Shown here piece by piece: positions 15,202-22,790 of a DNA stretch of 46,236 nucleotides (the first letter of the stretch is position 1; each line of letters opens with the position of its first letter). The stretch lies in the NCBI GenBank assembly GCA_963774955.1, contig CAVZGV010000001.1, positions 1 to 46,236 on the forward strand, in the 5' to 3' direction. The stretch comes from Candidatus Falkowbacteria bacterium (GTDB taxonomy: Bacteria; Patescibacteriota; Patescibacteriia; CAIXNZ01). Both the position numbers and the translations under genes were made by a program. The notes under the pieces are model-generated. The model was not told the DNA's origin. It worked only from the letters and a program-made list of their open reading frames with translations, and did no database searches.

Positions 15202-16719
15202 ATGCCAAAATTTGAACAAGCAGTTAACCCTAATTCTACAAATAATCAAATTCCAAAAAGTAGAAAATATAAAAGTGGAAGATTCGTGGGGGTAAAAGAC
15301 GGTCCTGGTGGCACAAAGGATTATTCGCAGGCAGTTGAAATGCTAGTAGATGCTCAGAAGAGTGTCAGCTTGAATTGGCAGGAAGGGGTCCGTCAGCCCG
15401 ATGTATTAAAGGGGAATTATTTTGGTATTGATGAAGATTTACTTGATGATAACATGGCCAATAAATATTGCAATCATTTAATAACGGCCTTAGAGCGTTT
15501 CGGAAAAAACAATGACAATGATCATGACGTTTTGTCTCAATTGTCATTTAAAGCTGGGTTTTCGATTGACGCAGGAGAGATTGAAGAAGCTGAGAATAAT
15601 TCGGAATTAAAAAAAGTTATTGTCGATAAGATGAATGAAAAGGAGGCATTTACAGCCTTATTTATTAAATTAGGCAAGGAAAAGTTTCCTGATGTAAAAA
15701 TTAGTGATGATATTAGGACTGAATACTTACATATTAACAAACCAGGAAATTTGCCGATTTTAGGTATAATTGATGCTAATGAAATGCAATCAGTTAGCGA
15801 TGAGAAGTTGTATGATGAAATAGAAGATTTAATTAGGATTAATGCCAATATAAATGCTAATAATTCTTCAGTTAAATTTTTAAATAATGAAAAGTCTTTG
15901 GAGTCTCAGGAGAGTATTGGAAAAATACCCGTTACTAATGAAAGTCTTTACAAATTAGTATTAATGCGTGAAGCGCTAAAAGATAAAATTCAGGCAAAGG
16001 ATAAAAGGTTAGAGGAAATGAAGGAAAATTTGGCAGGAGTAAAGATTAGCGGTGAACTATCACCGGAAGGCAAAAAAAGATTTGAAGAAAAAAAGAAAGA
16101 ACATGAAGAACAACGCGCAAAACAGCTCAAAGATGTTAGGGCGAAAATAGAAACAATGGGTTCTGAAAATAAAGAACAGGAAAGAGAAATTAAGATTCCC
16201 AGAGGTTGGACCTACTTGAAACATGGTTCTAATTTTATGAATTGGGCAGGAACTGATTTGTTTAACTCAGATCAGATAGTTATGAAAAATTCTTTGTCTG
16301 CTATAAGTAAAGAGGCGTGGGAAAGGGATGCGGCCATAACAACCGGTGATTATAATACCACAAAATCTTATTCTCGAGTTTCAAAACCAGCCGGGATGTC
16401 AGAAGAACAATTTGCCAAATTAAATAAACCGTTGGAAATAAGAGTTTTATTTTACAAAGATCATATTAGACGCAAAACAGATCCTGAATATGCCAAAACG
16501 CTAGACGAGAAAACAAAAGAGTTGATATCCGTGTATTATTTTAAAAATATTCAACATGGAAGGCATGAACTTGTTCCCAGAAAAGAAGTATTAATTAAAC
16601 TCGATCATAAAATTGAAAACGGGATAGATGTTTTTTATTTTGTACCCCAATCAGTATTAGAGGCTTATGAAAAAGAAGCTGGTGTAAAGGTCAATAAGAA
16701 ATTAGAGATGAATTCATAA
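15202..16719 (+). CDS. Hypothetical protein C (505 aa) with a central charged coiled-coil-like region
   Basis: Long ORF with a KE-rich stretch (KRFEEKKKEHEEQRAKQLKDVRAKIE). No family recognised. Confidence 0.6.
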   Translation: MPKFEQAVNPNSTNNQIPKSRKYKSGRFVGVKDGPGGTKDYSQAVEMLVDAQKSVSLNWQEGVRQPDVLKGNYFGIDEDLLDDNMANKYCNHLITALERFGKNNDNDHDVLSQLSFKAGFSIDAGEIEEAENNSELKKVIVDKMNEKEAFTALFIKLGKEKFPDVKISDDIRTEYLHINKPGNLPILGIIDANEMQSVSDEKLYDEIEDLIRINANINANNSSVKFLNNEKSLESQESIGKIPVTNESLYKLVLMREALKDKIQAKDKRLEEMKENLAGVKISGELSPEGKKRFEEKKKEHEEQRAKQLKDVRAKIETMGSENKEQEREIKIPRGWTYLKHGSNFMNWAGTDLFNSDQIVMKNSLSAISKEAWERDAAITTGDYNTTKSYSRVSKPAGMSEEQFAKLNKPLEIRVLFYKDHIRRKTDPEYAKTLDEKTKELISVYYFKNIQHGRHELVPRKEVLIKLDHKIENGIDVFYFVPQSVLEAYEKEAGVKVNKKLEMNS

Positions 16720-16740
16720 TTTAATATAAAATTTAAAAAT

Positions 16741-18180
16741 ATGGACCTATCAAAACTTAAAAAAATCCACATTATCGGCATCGGCGGCATCGGCATTTCA
16801 GCCGTGGCCAAGCTTTTATTAACTCAGCATAAAATTGTGACTGGTTCAGATGTGCATGACTCCGATATTATTGAAACTCTAAAGAATTTTGGAGCGCAGA
16901 TTAATATTGGCGCCCATAATGCCAATAACGTGGCTAAAGACGTCGGGTTGGTTATTTATTCAGACGCGGTACCGGAAGATAATATTGAAAGGCAAGTAGC
17001 TAAACAGCAGAAGATTCCAAGCTTAAGCTATTTTGAATTTTTGGGCGAATACAGCCAGGATAAATATACCATTGCTATTTCCGGCTGTCACGGCAAGACC
17101 ACGACTACGGCTTTAACCGGTTTGATTTTGGATAATGCAAATTTTGACCCGACCGTAATTGTCGGTTCTAAGGTTAAGAATTGGGACGGAAATTTACGTG
17201 TCGGCGGTTCTGATTATTTTGTGGTTGAAGCTGATGAATATCGGGCGCATATGCTCCAATTAAATCCCAAAGCAATTATTCTGACCAATATTGAATTTGA
17301 CCATCCTGATTTTTATAGCGATTTGAATCAATATGTTGAGACGTTTCAGGAATTTATCAATAAGTTACCCCCGGCAGGATATTTCATTTATAATCTTGAC
17401 GATCAGATTTTACATGAACGCATTGAAAAACCCAATTGCCACGTGCTGACTTATGCTTTGGAAAACCAGGCTGCGGATCTAATTGTTAAAAATATTAAAA
17501 TCGATCATAACCGTCAAATTTTTAGACCTATATATAAAGGTCAGGAACTTCGTGATTTTAATCTGCAGGTCCCCGGCAAATTTAATATTTCCAATGCTTT
17601 AGGCGCAACTTTGCTGGCTTTGGAATTGGGCGTCAGTCCTGATGTTATCAAGGACACTTTGGCGCAGTACACCGGCGCCTGGCGCAGATTTGAAATTATC
17701 GGCAAAATGTCCGGTTTAACAGAAGACAAAAACGGCGCCTTAGTAATTTCTGATTATGCCCACCATCCGACTGAAGTAGCCAAGGTTATTCAGGCAACCA
17801 AGGAATTTTATCCTGACAAGCGATTACTCGTGGTTTTTCAGCCGCATCAGGTCCAAAGAACCAGAGAGCTTTTTGATGACTTTGTAAAAATCTTTGCCCA
17901 AAGTCCGGCTGAAGTTATTATTTTATCAGAAATATATGATGTGGCCGGCCGGGAAGAAAAAGATGTGACTAAAAGAGTTAGTGCTAATGATTTATTGGAT
18001 AAGATAATTTTAGTGGAAAGCAAGAAATTGGTGCAAGGTGTAGTCACTTCATTATATTATTATGCCAGTGACCTGATTGAAACCAAAGCCAAGATTTTAA
18101 GCGAAGTGCAGGCTGATGATGTGGTCCTGATTTTGGGGGCAGGGGATATTGACCAAGTTGCCAGGCAACTTGTTAAATAA
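16741..18180 (+). CDS. murC: UDP-N-acetylmuramate--L-alanine ligase
   Basis: IHIIGIGGIGISAVA, ISGCHGKTTTTA and DYAHHP motifs; Mur ligase length. Confidence 0.93.
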   Translation: MDLSKLKKIHIIGIGGIGISAVAKLLLTQHKIVTGSDVHDSDIIETLKNFGAQINIGAHNANNVAKDVGLVIYSDAVPEDNIERQVAKQQKIPSLSYFEFLGEYSQDKYTIAISGCHGKTTTTALTGLILDNANFDPTVIVGSKVKNWDGNLRVGGSDYFVVEADEYRAHMLQLNPKAIILTNIEFDHPDFYSDLNQYVETFQEFINKLPPAGYFIYNLDDQILHERIEKPNCHVLTYALENQAADLIVKNIKIDHNRQIFRPIYKGQELRDFNLQVPGKFNISNALGATLLALELGVSPDVIKDTLAQYTGAWRRFEIIGKMSGLTEDKNGALVISDYAHHPTEVAKVIQATKEFYPDKRLLVVFQPHQVQRTRELFDDFVKIFAQSPAEVIILSEIYDVAGREEKDVTKRVSANDLLDKIILVESKKLVQGVVTSLYYYASDLIETKAKILSEVQADDVVLILGAGDIDQVARQLVK

Positions 18181-18301
18181 CAAATAGCCATATTTAAATA
18201 TCAAATAAATCTTAAGTATCAGATTACAAACACTTTAGGATATTGAGATTTGGAGTTTGAAACTTGTTTGATTATTGGTACTTGGTTATTGGTAATTAAT
18301 C
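18181..18301. repeat. AT-rich word-repeat insert between the murC stop and a relic murC 3' end
   Basis: The right end ...gattattggtacttggttattggtaattaatcac resembles the right end of the 22412-22488 element (...gattggtagcaaattagtggattagtaattatcac). Confidence 0.6.
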
Positions 18302-18343
18302 ACAGGGGATATTGATAGAGTGGCGAGAGAACTGGTTAAATAA
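18302..18343 (+). pseudogene. Relic duplicate of the murC 3' end (TGDIDRVARELVK*)
   Basis: 33 of 42 nt are identical to 18139-18180 (AGDIDQVARQLVK*), including the stop. Five of the nine differences are synonymous. Confidence 0.8.
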
Positions 18344-18366
18344 TTAAATGTTAATAATCAAAAAAT

Positions 18367-18867
18367 ATGGCCATAAAATCGGCTTTTAAAAAAGTTCGCG
18401 ATATACCTTACAGAATTCCGGTTGTTTTGGGTGAAAAAGATGATTGTTGCAGCGGTAAAAACAAGGAGCTTAAAGATTTATTAAATAAACAGGGCTTGGA
18501 AGTTCGCTACCGGGTTTGCGGTTTTTTATGGAGTTCCCTTGATTTACCCAAAAAAGTGTCAAAAATTCCTCATGAGGATTACAGTACTCATTTATATCTG
18601 GAAGCTTTAATCAATAAGAAGTGGGTTATTATTGACGCAACTTGGGATTCTGGCCTTAAATCTATTTTCCAGATTAATAAATGGGACGGCAAATCAAATA
18701 CGCAAATAGCAGTTAAGCCAATCGAGATTTTTTCTCCTCAGAAAAGTGCTGACATTATGAATAGCGAGAATTATGAAGAAATGAAACATGATCGTAAAGT
18801 AAACGGGAAATTTTATACAGCCTTAAATAAATGGCTTGAAGAAGTTAGACGAAAAAGTAAAATATAA
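18367..18867 (+). CDS. Transglutaminase-like (papain-fold Cys-His-Asp) domain protein
   Basis: CCSGKNKELKDLLNKQGLEVRY ... HLYLEALINKKWVIIDATWD fits the transglutaminase-core C...H...D spacing. Confidence 0.6.
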   Translation: MAIKSAFKKVRDIPYRIPVVLGEKDDCCSGKNKELKDLLNKQGLEVRYRVCGFLWSSLDLPKKVSKIPHEDYSTHLYLEALINKKWVIIDATWDSGLKSIFQINKWDGKSNTQIAVKPIEIFSPQKSADIMNSENYEEMKHDRKVNGKFYTALNKWLEEVRRKSKI

Positions 18868-18883
18868 TTAAAACGAAAAAATT

Positions 18884-19255
18884 ATGTCAGAAAAATTAGA
18901 AGGCAATCCTTCGCCTCAAGAAAGGAAACCTCTAGAATATCTTTGGACCAGTGAACAACTATTAGCACCGGAAGTCGGTGCGGTTCAGCTGGGTGAATTA
19001 GAAATAGGGAAATACCAGGAATTGCGGTCCAAAATGATTAAAGAAGCAGAAAGACGAGGGATAAAAAATCCGCTCCTGGTTGTAGATTTGATCTTTAAAG
19101 AAAGTAAGGTCTCAGAGTTTGGATCCAAAGGCCAGCCTTATCCGATAACAGAGGCCGAATGGGAAGCTTTTGTTAATGATATTCCTGAATTTAACGGTGA
19201 CAAAATTCCCAAGGTTTACATGGTTGACGGTGAAAAATATACAGCGCCGATATAA
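18884..19255 (+). CDS. Hypothetical protein (123 aa)
   Basis: ORF 17 nt downstream of the previous gene. No motif recognised. Confidence 0.5.
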   Translation: MSEKLEGNPSPQERKPLEYLWTSEQLLAPEVGAVQLGELEIGKYQELRSKMIKEAERRGIKNPLLVVDLIFKESKVSEFGSKGQPYPITEAEWEAFVNDIPEFNGDKIPKVYMVDGEKYTAPI

Positions 19256-19290
19256 ATTTTAACGTTATAATTAATTATTTAATTTTTAAG

Positions 19291-19794
19291 ATGAAAAAAA
19301 TATTTCTAATCGCATTTGCGGCTTTATTGTTAGGCGGGTGTAACGTGCCAGCCGGGCAAAATCCTGCAAATAGCAATATCAATTCGCCGGCTACCAATGG
19401 AGCGCCGACAGTATCCAGTAATAATAAGCTGGATTTAAGTAATCAAAACTTATCCAAAGTGCCTGATCATGTTTTTAACATGACTAATCTGGAAGAACTG
19501 AATATCAGTAACAACAAAATTACTGGTGCAATCCAATCGCAAATCAATCAACTGAAAAATCTTAAAGTTTTAAATGCCGGCAATAACCAGATGACCGGAG
19601 TGCCGGCTGAAGTCGGACAGCTTTCAAATTTAGAGGTATTGGATTTATCTAATAACCAGTTAACCGGATTGCCTAACGAGCTTGGCAATTTGAAAAATTT
19701 AAAGGCATTTAATATTTCAGGGAACAATTATTCTACGCAGGATTTGAATGGAATTATACAGAATTTGCCGGCCAGCGTGAATATAATTAAATAA
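19291..19794 (+). CDS. Leucine-rich-repeat lipoprotein
   Basis: Signal peptide with lipobox LLGGC. About five LRR units (LxxLxLSNNxLTGxP). Confidence 0.8.
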   Translation: MKKIFLIAFAALLLGGCNVPAGQNPANSNINSPATNGAPTVSSNNKLDLSNQNLSKVPDHVFNMTNLEELNISNNKITGAIQSQINQLKNLKVLNAGNNQMTGVPAEVGQLSNLEVLDLSNNQLTGLPNELGNLKNLKAFNISGNNYSTQDLNGIIQNLPASVNIIK

Positions 19795-19822
19795 AAAAAC
19801 CGCCAAGGCAAGGCCTTGGCGG
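19793..19822. terminator. Hairpin between convergent genes; the T run is on the minus strand only
   Basis: 9-bp stem CCGCCAAGG/CCTTGGCGG, preceded by A7 on the plus strand. Confidence 0.65.
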
Positions 19823-19850
19823 AAGTAGTTAGTCTGCTTAGTCCTGGTCG

Positions 19851-20024
19851 TTACTTCTTTTTGTAGAAGATACTGATGAATACGTAAGGACTCCCAGGTC
19901 CGGAGGAAGACTGTAACACTCGTGTGATTTCGATATTTCCAGAGCTCTGGAGCCAGTCGTTGATATCTTTTTCCAGAGGAGCTGGGTTAGAATCACCTCG
20001 ACTAAAAATTTTTACTTGTTCCAT
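19851..20024 (-). CDS. Small protein, possibly Cse60-like (57 aa)
   Basis: Start set at MEQVKIF after GGAGGG. The pattern VKIF...LEKDINDWL...IEI...ISIFY resembles the about 60-aa Cse60 family from memory. Confidence 0.4.
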   Translation of the reverse strand: MEQVKIFSRGDSNPAPLEKDINDWLQSSGNIEITRVLQSSSGPGSPYVFISIFYKKK

Positions 20025-20094
20025 CCTTGAACCCTCCAATTTTTTTGAAAATGAATGCTTTAATATACTATTTCGGTGAGATCAGATTGCGGTT

Positions 20095-20358
20095 TTAGCC
20101 CTTGACGTAGTCGATGATGTTGACGACGATCGAGATGATGAATAGCAGGCCGGCCAAGCTGGACAAGGCACTCGCGACGACCATCGGCGCAACGCCTTTG
20201 AAGAAGGATTTGAATGATCCTTCGATGTCCATTTCGATCCCATTTGACATCATGCCTTTCATCCCTTTCATCCTGCGGATCTGGTTGTAGAAGGCATAGC
20301 CGCCGAAACCGACCATCAGGATCAGCCATAGCCACCAAGTCGTTCCAATAAACGCCAT
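20095..20358 (-). CDS. Small membrane protein (87 aa, 2 TM segments)
   Basis: Start set at MAFIGTTWW after AGGAGGAG. Two hydrophobic helices. Visibly GC-richer than its surroundings. Confidence 0.55.
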   Translation of the reverse strand: MAFIGTTWWLWLILMVGFGGYAFYNQIRRMKGMKGMMSNGIEMDIEGSFKSFFKGVAPMVVASALSSLAGLLFIISIVVNIIDYVKG

Positions 20359-20428
20359 TTTTTTCTCCTCCTTGTTTCCTTTTTTCAAAAATTTTGACGA
20401 TTTTGCCATCCTATTTGGGTAACATTTT

Positions 20429-20457
20429 ATATTAACATATTTTAGAATTTTTGTCAA
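20429..20457 (-). promoter_or_regulatory. Sigma70-type promoter TTGACA-N17-TAATAT
   Basis: Minus strand reads TTGACAaaaattctaaaatatgtTAATAT. Confidence 0.6.
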
Positions 20458-20464
20458 TAGTTAA

Positions 20465-20797
20465 ATGAAAACAACAGGCTTGAATATAAAAAGAGATAAA
20501 TATAAATCCAGCCGCGGAGGCTATTCGCGCCTCTTTGATATTTGTTGCCGCCAGTGCGGCAATTTTATTTTAGTGTACCAAAAAGACGGGCCAGGCAATC
20601 TGCATCGCCTGTATCTGGACAGGATCCTGGAGCCCGCTGAACTAGTAGGCTTGCAGTATCATAGTCTAAAAGATATTGATGTGTTAAAATGTAAAAAATG
20701 CCAAGCCCTGCTGGCCTCAGCCTATCTTTATCCCAAAGAAAAGCGTCCGGCTTTCAGACTGTTTCAAAACGCGATTATTAAACAATTAAAGAAATAG
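20465..20797 (+). CDS. Hypothetical zinc-ribbon protein (110 aa)
   Basis: CRQCG ... CKKCQ, two CxxC pairs. Confidence 0.5.
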   Translation: MKTTGLNIKRDKYKSSRGGYSRLFDICCRQCGNFILVYQKDGPGNLHRLYLDRILEPAELVGLQYHSLKDIDVLKCKKCQALLASAYLYPKEKRPAFRLFQNAIIKQLKK

Positions 20798-20802
20798 TAG
20801 AA

Positions 20803-21429
20803 ATGGAGAAAAAATTTGCAAACATAGATAAACAGAACGAATTTAAAGTGGATACTTCACGTATATCACCTGATATTAATGTGGAGGAATTTTTAAAATC
20901 ATTAAAAGAACTTCAGGTGCCGTGTCCCTGGGGTGATTTAAGTATAGGTGAGGGTATGGAGGAAGCCTTGCCCGGTATCCCAGACTCCAAGTTAATTCCA
21001 CGCATACCTTTGGCCTTATCTTTGGGTTGCGGACAATTTCCCGACATAAACGCTTATCGTTCCATTGTCAGGGCAGATGAATTTGGCAAAATAGTATATA
21101 CTGATATAAAGTATCCGCAAATTGTAACTGCCGATGATGATTATATCAGTTTGGATTTAACCAAGCCTAAATCAATAAATCTCTTCGGTTTTAAAGTCCA
21201 GGCGATAATGAGTATCAGCGTTTTTACGTATGATGGTCATGGCGTGGAATTTTTGGATAAGCAAAATGAAATGGCTGCCGCCCAAGCTTTGAATGAAATG
21301 CTGATGCCAGGAGGCATAATAGCCTCTGATAGCCTCGGCAGTTCCAGATTTGAACAAATATTTATAAAAAAATTCGGTTACAAACAAATCAGGAATGCCA
21401 ATTCAATAATTTTACAAAAACCGTTTTAA
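20803..21429 (+). CDS. Hypothetical protein with a possible Rossmann-type methyltransferase fold
   Basis: LSLGCGQFPD (motif I-like), VYTDI, ISLDL, LNEMLMPGGIIA. These are weak matches. Confidence 0.4.
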   Translation: MEKKFANIDKQNEFKVDTSRISPDINVEEFLKSLKELQVPCPWGDLSIGEGMEEALPGIPDSKLIPRIPLALSLGCGQFPDINAYRSIVRADEFGKIVYTDIKYPQIVTADDDYISLDLTKPKSINLFGFKVQAIMSISVFTYDGHGVEFLDKQNEMAAAQALNEMLMPGGIIASDSLGSSRFEQIFIKKFGYKQIRNANSIILQKPF

Positions 21430-21442
21430 GGTTTTTTGCATT

Positions 21443-22408
21443 ATGACTAAACAATTAGAACAATTGGAGATACTCTTAGGCAAACCAGTCCAGACTGACG
21501 TGCCTTTAGCTAAATACACAACTTTTAAAATCGGCGGGCCAGCTAAGTATTTTTTTATTGCTAATGATAATGAGGATCTGGTGCGGGCCATAACCTTTGC
21601 CAAGAAATTAAAAATTCCGGCCTATGTTTTGGGAGGGGGCAGTAATGTTTTAATTTCTGATAATGGCTTTGACGGCTTAGTAATAGTAAATAAAGCCAAG
21701 GATATAATTATAAAAAAAGACCATAAAGTAGTAGCTGACGCCGGTGTTAACCTGATGGAACTAGTCAATAAAACTGTCGCTGAAGGTTTGAGTGGTTTAG
21801 AATGGGCGGCAGGCATCCCCGGTTCTGTCGGCGGGGCTGTGCGCGGCAATGCCGGTGCTTATCGCGGGGAAATAGCTGATAATTATATTGGCGCAGAAGT
21901 TATGCGCGGGGGCAAACAATTTATTTTAAAAAAGGAACAATGTAAATTCGGTTACCGCGATTCTATTTTTAAACATAATAAGGATTTAATCATAACCGCG
22001 GAATTTCAGCTGGCCAAAGGGGACAAGGCTAAAAGCCAGGCTCAGATTAAAGAGATTCTGGAACAGCGCCAGACAAAACAGCCTTTACAATATCCCTCAG
22101 CCGGCAGTATTTTTACCAATATACTAATTAATGATGAAAATAAGGATGTGGTGGCTAAGCTGGGTAATTTGCCGGCCGAGTATTTAGAGTATAAAAAAGT
22201 ACCGGCTGCCTGGTTAATAGAACAGTCTGATTTAAAAGGAAAGACGATTGGCGGTGCTCAGGTTTCTGACAAGCATGCAAATTTTATTGTAAATACGGGT
22301 AAGGCAACGGCCAATGATGTAATCCAGCTGATAAGTTATATTAAAATGAAAATTAGAAATACTTATAGCCTTGAACTGATGGAGGAAATTGAATACGTTG
22401 GATTTTGA
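21443..22408 (+). CDS. murB: UDP-N-acetylenolpyruvoylglucosamine reductase
   Basis: TFKIGGPAKYF, LGGGSNVL, GIPGSVGGAVRGNAGAY, YRDSIFK, SAGSIF. Confidence 0.93.
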   Translation: MTKQLEQLEILLGKPVQTDVPLAKYTTFKIGGPAKYFFIANDNEDLVRAITFAKKLKIPAYVLGGGSNVLISDNGFDGLVIVNKAKDIIIKKDHKVVADAGVNLMELVNKTVAEGLSGLEWAAGIPGSVGGAVRGNAGAYRGEIADNYIGAEVMRGGKQFILKKEQCKFGYRDSIFKHNKDLIITAEFQLAKGDKAKSQAQIKEILEQRQTKQPLQYPSAGSIFTNILINDENKDVVAKLGNLPAEYLEYKKVPAAWLIEQSDLKGKTIGGAQVSDKHANFIVNTGKATANDVIQLISYIKMKIRNTYSLELMEEIEYVGF

Positions 22409-22411
22409 GTT

Positions 22412-22488
22412 GTTACGTATCTACGAAGTAATCTATAGATCTACAGATTCGTAGATTGGTAGCAAATTAGTGGATTAGTAATTATCAC
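22412..22488. repeat. Empty word palindrome (TCTACGAA / TTCGTAGA family) directly after murB
   Basis: 9-bp perfect inverted repeat, 22419-22427 against 22448-22456. Central 10-nt palindrome ATCTATAGAT. Units of about 10 nt. Right end ...agtaattatcac. Confidence 0.75.
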
Positions 22489-22651
22489 ATAAAAAAAGGC
22501 GGGCTGCCCTGACAGAGAGAAGGAGGAGGAAAGACTCCATCAGCGACAGCTCTAGCCAAGCGGGGAAGCCAATCTTCCCATTAGCTAAGCTGAATATATA
22601 ATAGATATATTGTTTAGTCAATCCGGCTATATATATTTTTATCGATGTTAA

Positions 22652-22676
22652 CCAGGGAAAAATCCCTGGCTTTTTA
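22652..22676 (+). terminator. Rho-independent terminator
   Basis: Stem CCAGGGA/TCCCTGG, loop AAAA, then cTTTTT. Confidence 0.75.
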
Positions 22677-22690
22677 TTTAAAATTATAAT

Positions 22691-22719
22691 TTGACAATTG
22701 GCCAGGAATTCAATAAGAT
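22691..22719 (+). promoter_or_regulatory. Sigma70-type promoter TTGACA-N17-TAAGAT for the sensor kinase
   Basis: TTGACAattggccaggaattcaaTAAGAT. Confidence 0.55.
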
Positions 22720-22790
22720 TATTATTGTTCTTTGGACAATTGCTAGGGAAACTTAGCTAAAAATATTTAACTATTTTCAAGGAGGATCAG

